The notes below the pieces were generated by a model that saw nothing but the letters and a program-made list of their open reading frames with translations, was not told where the DNA came from and made no database searches. Below are positions 36,589-50,400 of a stretch of DNA of 64,000 bases, piece by piece (position 1 is the first letter of the stretch; each line of letters begins with the position of its first letter). Made by a program: the position numbers and the translations under genes. The DNA comes from Paraspadella gotoi (lineage: Eukaryota; Animalia; Chaetognatha): NCBI GenBank assembly GCA_051294375.1, contig CM119267.1, positions 19,605,546 to 19,669,545 on the forward strand, written 5' to 3'.

Positions 36589-39500
36589 TCAAAATGGTTC
36601 CACGAAACTTCCTGGGAAAAGTCCGCATTTGCCCGTTCTCTGTTGTGTCCCCTTGTACCTGGATTTTTTATCACATAAAATAATTTTTATTAACAAAGAA
36701 AAGCGAAAAGCGACCGAGTCAACGGCGCTCACCATCCATCTTCCCGCTTCTTGTGAACGAATACCACGTCTCCAACTTTTAACGCCAACTCGTATTCGCT
36801 GTTCGGAGGATACGGAACGATGCAGCGAAACCTTAAGATGTCAAGGAAAAGAAGCCTTAGTAATAATAGTGGTAACATTTTTAAAAACCCTTTCTCGGGC
36901 TTCCCTTTTACTNNNNNNNNNNCCCTTTTACTTAAATGACCTCACAACTCTGTCCCAATTCTCAAAATCACCCATCCCTCACCTTTCCCTCGCGGCGGCG
37001 CTGATTTTCTGCCTCTGATGATCGGGATCGTCGAGGGCGCCGTTGGGATCGCCGGCCTGCGGCGGACTGGAGCCGGCGACGGCGGCGCCGGCCACCGCGT
37101 GGGGATTGGTGCTGCTTTGAATGGCGTGCTGTGCCCCGCAGACTGAAACCGAGTGATTGTTGGCGCCGGGGTTGAGGGGGATGACGTGCTGGTTGGCGCC
37201 GACCGGAAGCTGAACGGAAGAACCCGGAACGGAGAGTTGGTTGGAGGAGACGACGTCGGGCCCGAGGGAGATCTAATCGAAAACGATAGAGCATTGAAAT
37301 GTAAAGATGGGTAAAAGGGGAAAGAAGAGGCTTACGTTCTGCTTTGGTATCGGACGAATCAGTTGAGATTGCTGGCCTGGATTTTGTACGTGCGTGGACG
37401 ATGGAATCGCCTGCTGAATGATCTGTGAATGTTGTTGCGCGTGTTGCGGCGGATGCTGGGCCGCATGATGCGTTGAAAGTTGCACAGCATTCTGTGGTGC
37501 ATGCTGCGGTGGGTTGTGGGTTGAATGTTGCTGCTGCGTCGGGAGCTGCGCTCCATGTTGTGGCGGAAGTTGCTGCTGGGATGAAGCATGCTGGGACACA
37601 TGCTGAGGTTGCTGCTGTGAAAGTTGCGTCGGTTGAGGGAGTTGAGCTCCGGTAGCCTGAAAAAAAAAAATATTGTCTTCTAGTTTTGTAAAATAATTTT
37701 ATATTAAGTTATACCTAAGTCCTAACTGAAGCAAATTCCAGAAACTATATAATCAAAAATTCAAAAATTCAAAAATTTCATTCATTCATTCTCTCAACCT
37801 GTCCTCTGTTATTAAATATGCTAATAAGGAAAAATAACGAAGTATCGTTACAACGGACCGACTAATAGGCCAAAATTGAATTTAGTGAATTTTTTTTCTC
37901 AATTTTTTATGCTCAGACAAAAGTAGGTCCCTCGAGAAAAAAAAATTCCCACTATTTCGTCTACCTTGTTTTGATGTTGTGTTAGATGTTGGGTTTGATG
38001 TTGGGTTTGATGTTGGGTTTGATGATGGGTTTGATGTTGGGTTTGATGTTGGGTTTGATGTTGGGCTTGATGTTGGGCTTGATGTTGCGCCTGCCTGGCC
38101 AAATGACCAACGTGGGTCGTGCCACCGATGACGGGCGAGACGGACGAATTAACTTGCGCCCCCGCTGGCCCAGAACCGCTGCCGGTTGGGGTGGGATGCG
38201 AGGGCCGAAGTTGACCGTTCGCCGAACGACCGGATATGGCGACGGCGTGATGCGAACTATCATCACAGAATCAAAAGTTATTTCCTCAACAAATGAAGTG
38301 AAAGAAAATGAAGACAACGCACCCGTGGTGTCCGCCGACGTGTTGCTGCATGTTGACGGCGTGAACACTGGCGCAATGGGAGCTCCCGCCACTTTGCGGG
38401 CTTTCGAGGCTTGTCCCGTGACAGGGAGGCGGCATCGGAGTTCGGTCGCTGCTTGGCAACGAACTGGAGCGGCCGTGAAGCACCACACCGGGCGGTGGGC
38501 CTCCTGCGGGAAAATTGAAGTTAACTATCTTCGTCGTCTTTACAGAAGAGAACGCATTGTTCAATGTTCACTGACTCTCCTCTGATTTAAGTCCTTACCC
38601 GAACTCTGGCTCGAGTGAGACGGATTAGGCACGGCTCCCGCCTCCGATTCTGCGCCGACAGTCGGCGGTGATTTGGACTTTTTCCGCCCGCCGCCCGCCA
38701 GGCGGCGCAGCATGTTCATTCGCTTGTCTCCCTTATCTTTGGTATGCTGCGGAAATGGAAACAATCGGCCAGTTACAATACTAATTCAAACATAAAATTG
38801 GGTGGTGAGAAAGAGCAAAGCGAAAAAAAACATTGTAAAGTTGCTTACTTTGCTTTGCGCCGCCAAAACCGCTGCGGCTTGGTGGGGATGAATAGGGCCG
38901 TGAGGACCCATTATAGGGGCTCCTAGAACGGCTCCAGAACTGGCGCCTGAAAAAAAAAAAGTTTTATCATTTGAAATTTGTAATTTTAAATTATATAATT
39001 CTGTTCCAAAAATAGACCGGTAGAAAACCTCGTGACTCTCGAAAACGTTAATTTTTCAAAACGATAACATTTTTATCGCAAATTTGACGATAAATCATAG
39101 CCATAGGTTCTCGAAACTGACACTTTTTTCCGAACAAAAAAATATGTAGGTCACGTCACTTTGGCCGGTATAAAAAATACTTTGCCCCTTTTTTACATTT
39201 GCTTAATCTAATTATTGGACGGGAATGACACGAACGTTGAACTCAAAAATTTTGCTAAGATTAAAAAAAAGGGGAAAAAAAATTATTTGGTGGTTTACAT
39301 CATCACTAACCAGCGGGGTTGATCGAAGCGGACGGGGAAGCGGTCACGATAACGACGTTGGGTGGCGTAATGCCGCTCGTCGTGGACGAGATCAAATGAT
39401 GCTGGAAATAAAAGAAAATTATACGTCGTTTTCAGGAAAGAGTGGGGGCCTTAAACCACCATAGCTTGTCTAAATAGCTTATTTCATAAATGAAAAGATA

Positions 39501-42500
39501 ATTAGGTATTTGTTTTACTAATTTCATGTACGTCAAATTATCAAATAAATCATCTCTCAGTCAAGTCTGTCCTTAGGTTATCCACTCTTTATTACTCCCT
39601 CTCATTATTTTTAGTAAATGAGTGAAACTAAAGACGAAAATAAAAGAGAAAGACACAGACTCTTCTTTCCCTTAAACAAAAATAAAATTGTCATATTTTT
39701 TTCTAAAACTTATTAAAAGAAAAAGATTAAGAAGCCTTATCTTTCTTCACGTTATACTTTAAACTCCGATTATCAACAACTGCCATCAGTCCACATATCA
39801 ATAATCAAATTTAAAGGTAAATTTCAAGGTAGTAAATATAAATCGAGAGTTGATCAGATCGTCCACCTGATGTAATAGCTTGACCATGTCCATATTCGGC
39901 ATTCCAGGGACAGGGGGCGGAGAAGCCGTGGGTCTAGATGGAGCGACGCTGGAGCTGGCGGAAGATTGGCTCTGAGTGGACAGTCCGTGAGGAGGTCTGA
40001 GGATGACAGGGAGGGGAATATAGGTAAAGGGAAAAAGAGGATGAGAAATCGGCAGACGATGAAAGTGAAAAATGTAACAAAAACGAATACGACCAAGCTT
40101 TGTTAGCTCATGGGGAGGTCTACGATCGATCGAGACCCCGGTCGATGAACCACGTCCCCCCCATCAAAGAAATGTACAATTTCCCATGGAAGACGACAAA
40201 GATAAACTTTAACCGACGAATGACGGCAAAGATGAAATTCGTCGGCACATCAAAAATCTCAAAGAGAAAATAAATTCTTTCCCCCCCTTGCATCTGATTT
40301 GCATATAAATCGGTCGCGAAAACTAAAAAAAAAAATCCTCTTGGTTATCAACGATGGCTAAACGATTTTTGATTGCGTAATGGGAGCGGTCCGACCCAGT
40401 GACCTTCAATTTGTTTAAACTTCCTTATTTTTTTTTTTACGTAATTGAATCTATCATTAGACATATTAATACGGAAAGGTAACGAACGAGATTGGTGGGA
40501 AGGGGAAGTTGGAGAAATACCGCCGAGTAAAAACCTTTTAAGTTGTAGGTTAGATTAGCACACACGATTAAACGGATAAAACTACCAGGATGAAACGGCG
40601 CGCCTGTTTCTTATCAAATCTAGTCAAGGTTTATGATTCATTTTTTTTTTCACCTCTGTAGTTTCTGGAAACGATTCGAATCAACGGCTCGAAGGGGGGG
40701 GGGCGAAAAAGCCGGCGAGAAAAGGGGAAAATATTTATCGGTCAAGATCGAAGCCTATTTTTAAAAAGGGTGAAAAAAAAAAGAAAAGAGAAATATATGT
40801 TTGTTTAACTTTTAAGAAAATAAAAATTGCTCATGTAACTCTCGAAGTCGAAAATATTTTGAAATGAGGCCAAGGTTAAATTTGACGAGTGAAAAAAAAA
40901 AAACATTCGCCCTTTGATCGAGCTTTCGATGAGAGAAGGGCAAAAAGGAAAAAAACCGAATTTAAATATACGAAAGTCACAAATTTTTGGATCGAGAGAT
41001 CCCCCGCCCAAAAAAGATAAAACACTCCGACGTAATAAACGTCACAAAGTCGTCGTTTATTTCTTCCTACCTCGGCGGTGGTTGAGGACCGGGAGAAGCA
41101 GACACGGCGACCCCGGGCGGTCCGGGATGAGCGGAGCCCATGACGTGCGCCGGATTGCGATGCTGCTGTAGAACGAGGCGCGTCGTCGTCGAACTGGCCG
41201 GATCCGAGGCGGGAGCGTGGCCGCCGCTGCCGGCGGAACGTGCTAGTTGCTGCAACTGCTGTTGCTGTTGCAACAGTTGTTGAGGGCTGGTCACGATGAC
41301 AGTCACTGGCGACGGACGCAAACGAGCTGGCGAGCTCTTTGACTCCGGAGTATGCGGCAGGTGACGTTGCATTTGTTGGTGCAGCTGCTGCTGAATAATC
41401 TGTTGCTGCTGTTGTTGTTGTTGTTGCATCTGTTGGTTGGCCGATTTGGCCGAATGCGATTGACTAGATATTGCCGAAGAGGTCGCCTCTGTCGAGGCGG
41501 ATGTCGCGGGCACAGCGATTGCGGAGACGCCGCTTCCGCCGCCGCCACCGCTATTGCTCGATGCCGCTGTCGAGGGGACGACAGAAGACGAGCTGGCTAC
41601 CGAAGCGGCGTTGGCGACAAGACGCTGCACATTTGCGATGTTTGACTGCAAAAGTCTTGGCTGAAAAGCCGGGGTTCTGCCAGAAACGGGTAATATTTGT
41701 CTTAATTTTACAGATTATTGTCATTAATTTTTGTAATCACTAATCAGCCCTCTTGTTTATTTCTGTCAAAAACGAAAAAAATCTAAAACTCACTTGACCA
41801 GTTGCACGTAGTTTCCGGGGAAAACGCCGGTTTGTCCCGACCTGAGCGATCGACCCTTGAACCAACCGTCCTGGCACTTCTCGCAGACTGTGTAGTGGTC
41901 GCCTTTCCGCAACTCCAGCTCGTCGTCCTTTTGCGGCTTGTAGTTGTAAAGAGCAACGTAGATGGGCAGCTGTAGAAAGGGAAAAAAGGAAATTTCCCGA
42001 CTCTGCAAGTGAAAATTAAAAGCCATTAAAGGTCCATTACCTGTAATAGCGGCCCGAAGTCAATGGGTTGTACGCCCGACTGAGTGGCGGTCGCGTTGGT
42101 GACGACGGCGGCGGACGATGAAGTGGAGGAGGATGAAGATGCTGCTGCAGATGATGGCGCCGACGACGCCGGGTTGGGCGCCAACACCGACTGGGACGCC
42201 GTTGAAGTGGACGATGGTTGGTTACCTCGGGAGTCAGTTTAATGCAAATTATGTAAAGTGTTTGGTCAGCAATATAATATTACGGAGAAAGTGCGCTCAC
42301 CAGGTGGCGCCGCGGCGGACATCTGACCGACTCTCGCTACATTCGCAATTCCGCCGACGGACGCTCCTGCGGCGAGCTGCTGCAATTGTTTATGGTGCTG
42401 TTGTTGCTGGTAATGCTGCTGTTGAATCTGCAGCAATTGACGAGCGGACAATCCGTCGACAGCTGAAGAGGAGCTGGCCCTTGCAGCCCCCTGTTGATGC

Positions 42501-45500
42501 TGCAATTGGCTGGAGGGGCCGGGTTGAGAACTACCGCTCGTGGTGTTGGACATTGCGGAAACCTCGACGGAGTGTCTGCGAAAAGTCCAGTCAAGTGAAC
42601 AAAATCAAACGTTGCGGAATTCATTCCATTATAGTTTAACATTTAAAAACAGACCTGTGCGGCGGAACGTGAACCGGGGGCGGCGGCGGAGAACCTTTGG
42701 GGGAATTCGCGACCACGCCCACCATGGCGTTAATAGAGTGGCGCTTTGGAAGCAGTTGGGAGGGAGGATGCGGCGGCAATGACTGCAAAAAGAGAGAACC
42801 AAAAGAAATTAAGGTTTGACAAAAGTATTAGTTAGATTTAGGAACCCTTACCCCTTGTGCTCCTGTCTTGGCAACGGTGGGCCCAGAACTACTCGCGCCG
42901 GGGGCCGCCTCGGAGGGCGACGCCGAAGAACCGGCGGCCGTGGCGGCCGCTGTGAGGGTCATGGCCATCGTGGAGGAAGTCCCCGACGCTTCCGGCGGAG
43001 GACACAATGAGGTCAAAGCATCTAAAGAAAACAAAATAGAAAAGCGGAAAATTTATTCGGTTTTGATGCGAAGCGCAAAACATAGATAAATCCTCGTCAG
43101 ACTTTGATGAAGAAACTGCGAAGAAAGAAAATATATAGGAAAGAAAAAAGGCAAAGAAAGAAAGAAGTAAAAATAGGCAGAAAAGGAAAGAAAGAAAAAA
43201 GAAAGAAAGAAAACAAAAAATAAAGAAAGAAAAAGAAAATTGTAAGAAGGGAAAAAGAAAGAAAAAAAAGAGCCAAATTCAATCTTCTCGCGTTGAAAGG
43301 CAAAGCAGCTAAGAGGGAGAATATTAGGGATTACAAGCGATAATTTTCCTCCTAGCTTCCTGGCTTTTCTAGGCGACCCCAGTGACCCCCAGGCTTCTCT
43401 CGCTCTCCCTCTCTCCTTTTCCTTTCGCTCATCATCTTCGTTCCCCTCAATTTTCCCGGGGAAGGGGAGAGAAACGAGGTGAAGGGTAAAAACCGCGTTT
43501 GTATTTCTTAAGAGGAACAAAGTGAACGGCGTTTTCGACGGAAAGCGATCTGAAGGATCAGCGCGGGCCAAGAACGACGAGACTCGTCATTTGTCGAATC
43601 GTTCTCTCCAGGGAAAAAAGGGGGGGGCGGGTCCTTTGGGATTGAGGGAAAAACAAAACCATCGACGAGATCATTGACCTCGCAGGTTTGATTCGGACGG
43701 ATAAATAATAGATATTATTTCGAACGATCGAAACCTGAGGTCGATGATCTAGTCGTCGAAGATTAGATGAAGAAAACTTAATCGCCATACGTATGTATAA
43801 TGTATACATGTAAATTATGTATTCATGTATAATTGTATTTGTAATATGTCTGTATAATTTTATTTAATCTAATGTCTTTTGCCCCAAATCTTAATTCCTC
43901 AATACGCATGATAAGTTACGTCTTAAATTCCTTAATTTTAAACTTTTCTGACTCGTTTCTCGTTTCTAAAATGGCGCCGCAGCTAGCCTCTGGAGAGGCT
44001 GCTGAAAATCAGGTCTTTTGGAATCTAGGTTCTCGAGTTTTCTCCCGCCAAAAATTAGGTGACCGCCCTTGGAAGGACAGTTTTGGCTTGACTCGGCCTC
44101 GACTTTTTATCAAATAACCTCCTTGGGACCAACGTATTATTTAAAACCTCAGGTAAACTTGGTAATCGTTTCAATCAATAAGCGAATGGCCAAAATTATT
44201 TTGCTACTCGCCTCCATTAAGCTAGGTCATTCATACCTGCAAGAAGAGTGAGACGATTGGGCGACGACGGCGACCTCGCGTGATTCGGCGAAGACGGCGT
44301 TTCGGCGCCCGTCGCCAGCGCCTCGGCGTCGAACAGCGCCAGAGGCATGGCGAAGGCCGAGAGAGGATGACCGGTGGACGATGCGGCACCGTTGAGGTCG
44401 TCACTGGAAGCGGACGAGGGAAGGATGCTGAAGAGGGGAAAGAAAGGAAGATAATTTGCTTGTGTAACACGAAAGTGAAAAAAGAAAATAAGAGATGAGA
44501 CGAGATGACAGGAGAAAAGAGTAGATTTGCCGTGAATATAAAAAAAACGGGGTAAAAGATGGCGAGACACAAAACCGTTTGAATTTTTTAACGCCTTTGT
44601 TGCGTGGTGTCTTGCAGTTTCTCTCTCTCTCTGCTCATCCGCGTAATAACTCCTTCCTTCCCAGAGAGGTAGGCTGTTCCATTATTGAAATCCTCCATTC
44701 GCTTCGTTCTCAATACAAGGCGCGGGAAAGAAATAGCGGGAAACTGGCTTTGCACAGGAGGCGTGGCCAGAAGAAGCGCAGGGGTTACTTGTAGGGAGAG
44801 GAGTGGAAAAAGAGTGAAAAAGAAAAGGAAGAATTAAAAAATGCAAAACAAAAGACAAAAAGATAAAAATATATTCAAATAAAGAAAAAGCAAATAAAAA
44901 TTAAGAAAGAGAAAAACAACCGAGTTAAATGCAATAATTGAGAGGGTATATCTAAAATTTTCGATCTTTAATTATAAAATGGAAGGCAAATAATTCAAAA
45001 GAGCGAGTTTAATCAAAAAATTAAGACGAAAGTCTCCTAGTAAAGAAGGATAAAAACGTGATCGCGGAAAAAAAATAGGAAAAACCGAAAAAAAACTAGA
45101 GGACGTAGATTCCATTTTTAAAAAAAAAATTTCGTTTTCGACGACGCATCGTTCGCATCTGGCGCCGGGTTTTCGCTGGCTTAATTGCTTGACGCGAGAG
45201 AGCGCCGCAAACGATAGTGAAAGTGGCTGAGCGACGCCGGTTCTGGGCGTCGATCCACGTCAGCGCCCCGCCGCAATGACGCCCGGCACGGACAGAGAGA
45301 AAACAAAAGAATGTGAAAAAAAACCGGGCCCACTGGTAGCAGGCGTCAATTTTTAGTAAATGGTGAGATTCTTGGTTAAAACCACCGGTCGTCTCAAATC
45401 CGTAATTTCCCATGATAAACAAGCAGCCGTTTGGCAAGAAGGGAAACCGCGAAAACGGCGCAGCTCCCTCTAATAACATAGCGGCGGCGAGAGAGACAGG

Positions 45501-45618
45501 AAAAACAACGCAGGTCGAAAAAAAGCGCGGTTTTAAAATGGCCTCAGCTGCGAGAGGCCGTCAAGGGAGCCCCCGAGGAGATTACCGACCGCGCCATTAC
45601 AGAGAGAGAGAGACAGAG

Positions 45619-45662
<44 letters not shown>

Positions 45663-47365
45663 AGTTGCGAAAAGAAATATATTTTTTCTCCCCTTTCCCA
45701 TACCTAGTGTCCGCCAGGGTGGGGGATATCACGATGAGAGAGTCGGTGGGGGGATCTTCGAAGACGGTGGCCACTTCGATCGGGAGCAGACCCGACGTGG
45801 GGGACGACGGAAGCGCGGTGGCGCCCGTAGGTGACGCGGGACTGTGGGGTAAGTTGGAAAGTGAGGTAAACACCCGCTCCTTCATTCCACCTTGTCATTC
45901 TCACCTTTGAGCTGAAGATCCGGCGGTGGAGGAAAGATCCAGCAAAACCGGGGACGTCGCCTCGGTGGGCGAGTCTTGGGCTTGAACCACCGACGACGCC
46001 GCTGAAGGAAAACGGAAAGACTTCAACTTGAACTATTAAGATCGGCGGGACAAAAAAGATAAGTTGTAAGTTGAAAATAATAATAAAGCAGCAATTAATA
46101 GAGTTTAATTTTACTTTATTATGCTTTATTCTTCACCCACTTGCCCATGAAATCAGCAATATCCATCGAAAAAAATACGTATCACGTCGGGGATATAAAC
46201 TGGCTCAAAAGTGTCTCTCTCAGTTTATGTCCTTTCTTCTCCGTTCCGCGACACTAAAGCGCTGAGGAAATACGCCAAGGCCATCAAACACGTTGAACCT
46301 TTATTACGGCAATATTTTAAGCGTAACAACTCCCGTCACATCATAGTTCCCCACCCTTCACCCCACGACCGTTCTCCCCTTCTACCCGCCGTCTTTTAAG
46401 AGTAATCGAACGAGAAAGCATCGCACCTCGCGACTCCAATAATAGACGAGCCAATAAATGTGGCTATCAATCATTTCGCTACCTGCGACGGACGTGTTAG
46501 CCGCGGCTGCGGCGGCCGCAGCGGCAGCCGCCGCCGCGATGGCCTGCATGGCGGCCGCTTGTTGTTTGAGAAGTTTAACCGCCGCTTGGTTCATCTGTGA
46601 AAAATGATGGAACGGCGTGAGACGTGGGTAATGGGTAAGGGGGGGGAAGTAGGCGAAATAACGCGGGGTCGTACTAAGGTGGTAAAGTGGTAAAGGGGTA
46701 AAGGGAAAGGGGTAAAAGGAAAGGGGAAAGAGTTAAAGGGAAGGGGCTAAGGGGATGGGGAAAAACGGAAGGATAAAAACGATTCCTCGTCTCATCGTCG
46801 ACGGTTGAGAGGAAAAAAATGGTTTCGCTTCCGATTTCACTCTTCACTTATTTCGCGGAGGAAAATAAATTTACTCTCTACGAGTTTAAACTCGGCGCTC
46901 AACCCGCAATCGTAGCTATCAGGTTTCCTTGAATCGCCCTTTTCCATTTTAAACATCTCTCTCTCTTTCTCTTTACATCAGCGAGAGAGGCACACGAAAA
47001 AACAGCGGTCGATTTCCAGGGCGAGGCCTCACCTCTTTCACTCACTTACCTCAACGAACGAAATGGGAAAGATGCCTATTTTGTCTCCGAGTTTTCCTTC
47101 GGCCCAGTTCGAGTCGATCCGGCGAATCACCGTCAGAATCTCGTCCTGAATAGAAGGGAGAAGTAAAAAGAGATTCAATGATTAACTGGTTTGTGGGGTG
47201 GAGAAAGGTCGTGGAGAGGGGGGGAGTAAGTCGATAAGATAATTATCAATGAAGTCGAGCCATTGATTTCGATGAAAGTAGAATATTTAAGCGAAGAGGA
47301 AAGAAAAATAAAAAACTAGGTCAAAAAAGACCCGGGTCGATCATTGCAGCATCGATGCGGGTGGG

Positions 47366-47452
<87 letters not shown>

Positions 47453-50400
47453 TCCGGGTCAAAATCATTCGATGCTCGTTTTCTTGAAATAAGAAACGAT
47501 TCAAGAGTCGTATATTTCTTCTCGGCTTGCCTCGTCTTATGAATAGAAATAGACTTCAGGGGAAAATGGAGCAGGATAATTGCAAATAATTCTTCCTTTA
47601 AGTATTAGCAGAATGCGCGAAAAGAAAGTAAAATACGAAGTCAGCCCAGCGGTGAGACAGAAAAGGAGAAAGACAAAGAAGAGAAGGAAGAAAATATGTT
47701 AAAGACGAGAAAGAGGATTATGAGGAAACGGTTAATGGGTTTCTTTGAAGGAGAAAAGTGGAGGCAAAGTCGATTACATTTCTGACTCGGGGCGAAGGAA
47801 AACGAGCTAAGGAGAGGAAGAAAAAAAAGATGAAATGGAAGAGGAAATTAGAAAATGAAGGAATAGGAGAGTGAAAAAAAAAAGGGGGGGAGGGAGAATG
47901 GAAAGAGCGAAGGAGAAATACATTGGAAGAAACACTTACCTTTGAAAAGGAAAGGCAATCTTTCTCATTTTCATCCTTGAGATCAAAGTCGTAAAGGGCC
48001 TTGCACTGCGGAATCGAGGCTGGAAGCGGGTGAATCACTTGGACGTAAGACGCGGGAAAAAAGCCGGTCTGGCCCGAGGGACCCTCGGGGTTCAGAGATT
48101 CGCCCTGGTACCAGTTTTCGTCGACTTGCTTCTTCAACAGTATGATGTCGTTCTTGTTGAAGGAGAGATCGCTGCGCGGTAGAAGAGAGAAAACATTAAA
48201 GGGGTTTAAAAAACAAAAACAAAACGAAAAACCGGTCGACCCGTTTCTCGACGCCTGACCCCGAATCCATCGATCGCGGTCTCTTGGGGCGGTGAGCTTA
48301 CCCGGGTTCTTTGGCGTCGTATCGGTAGAGAGCCTTGGCACATGGTTGAGTTGGAATCGACGGCTGAAAAAAATGAGAAAAGGGCTAGAATTTGGTTCGA
48401 AGAAGAGATTCATGTAACCACCTGAAACAACGATACCTCAATTCGATTAAACACTAGAAAGGTTAATGCTTAATATTTTTTTGATAGTTTACCCGTTACT
48501 GAAGGTATTTACATCAGAAATAATTCAGGGAAACCCGTACTATACCTACAGCTATCACTGACTGTATCAGCTATCTATTTAAAATAGAAATCTAATAATA
48601 TGCTTCAATATAAGCTAAACCTAAATTTAGTGCAACGCAGTTGATGGCAATTGAATTTATTTTTTAATAATTCAGTCTTTATACAAATTAAATCCAGTAA
48701 ATTAGTAATGGCAGAGTTCTTTCTAAATACAGCAAATGACAAACCAAGGAATAAATCAACATGTACCAAATCAGCGAAATCAGTAAACGCAATTTTTTAA
48801 AATCGGCTAAATTACGTCAGAGGCGTGGAGTACAAGAGTTAGCATGCTCGCCACGGCCATAACCAAAACGGGTTCGACAACATGATAAACGCCCACGAGG
48901 AACTTGGCCCCCATCCGATTCATCGGGCACTGGTCTTTAACCTTGGAGGGAGCGTGGGGATTCGTCAGTTCCATGGTCTGATCCAGGGGCAAACTTCCCG
49001 ACATGACAGGGCAAATGGGTTTCCTTTGTTTCAATTCCGACTTACTGGATCGTAATTCCAAAATCTCCTCGGCCTCATCGGGTCTCACGTTGGAATACCC
49101 ATCGATCTCCCCGGCCCTCTCGTCCATCTCCGAGAAAAGATTCGTGTTCAAATCGTAAACGCGATTGGCTTCGGCCACGATTTTCTCGCCCAACTCTTCG
49201 TTTTCCCCGATGACGTTGAGGCGGGCGCGGTACATTCGCTTGAAATTCATGGGATCCGAGACGTGAGGGAAAAAGTAAAATTTGACTCCCGCGATTTCGT
49301 CCGGATCTCCCAAATTCCAAGCTTTCTGAGCTTTCTTCTTTAACGTTTGGCCCCCGGAAATGTCGCCAAGGTATCGGGTGTAGTGGTGAGCTACCAAAAG
49401 TTCCGGTTCGTTTTCGCCCAAATAGCGAATCCTGGCTACGTATTCTTGAGCTCCTGAACAAAGAGTTATGACAATTTTCAACATGAAAAGAGAAACAGTT
49501 TCCCTGTTGCCCGCTAACCTTTGGACATCTGGTATCGCTGCTCCCAATCCTCGCCATAGAAAAACTTCATATCTTCCTCCAAGAATTCGGTTCGATTAAG
49601 TTCCGTCGGAAAGGAGATCGTGGCGACGACCTCGTTCGTCTTGTTGCGCTCCAGCTCTTCTTCCATCGCTCGATAGACGCAGTAGAGAGCACCGAGATAC
49701 TCCCTGTAGAGCTCCTTGGTGACGGAGCCCTTGACGAAGGCGTGCAAGAACTGGCACGTCTCCGACCTTCGATGCGCCCCTTGCGTTTCTTTCTTGATCG
49801 TGTCCGACAACTCACTTCGTTGGATTCTTTCCGCCTCCAGCCTCAGATCCCAGCGTGCCCGGTCGAGGCCAGCGAGGATTCTACTTCCCTCGTCCTTCAA
49901 CTGCTTGGCCACCAACTCCCAGTCCGCCTCGTATTCTTTTTGTTTCTTCGCTTCCTCCGCGATGTACGTGAAAGCTTTGGCAAAGGAGTCGCTCTCACGG
50001 GCGAGAGTCTCGACGTTTTCGAAGACGCGGGCCATGTCTTTCGACTGTGCAAAGGCGCAGCCTTCCTTGAACTCGGACATCTCCGTCAAGGATTTAAAGT
50101 TTTCCTCTGGAATCTCTTTGAAAGGACAGGGGCTGCCCGAAAGCTCTTCTTCGGCGATGGTGGGAGGATGGGTGAAAGGCACGTCGACGGAGGGTCTTTT
50201 CATGGTGAAAGGGACGTCAATCGAAGGGCGCTTCATAGTGAAGAAAGGATTAGCGTGCAACGACGTCGACGAGGATTTTCGAACCCGTTCTTCGTCCACA
50301 TCTTCGACGTCCTCAAAGTCTTCGTTTAAATCCGCGAAAGAACTGACAACTTCGTCGACGGCGTCGTAGGCTTCGTTCAAGGCGTCGTCGTTTTCGGGTC

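Noticed and set aside
49716-50369. Long plus-strand ORFs over heme oxygenase (similar ones over SH3RF at 37986 and 58303)
   Set aside because: Antisense shadows of GC-rich coding exons with no recognisable motifs.
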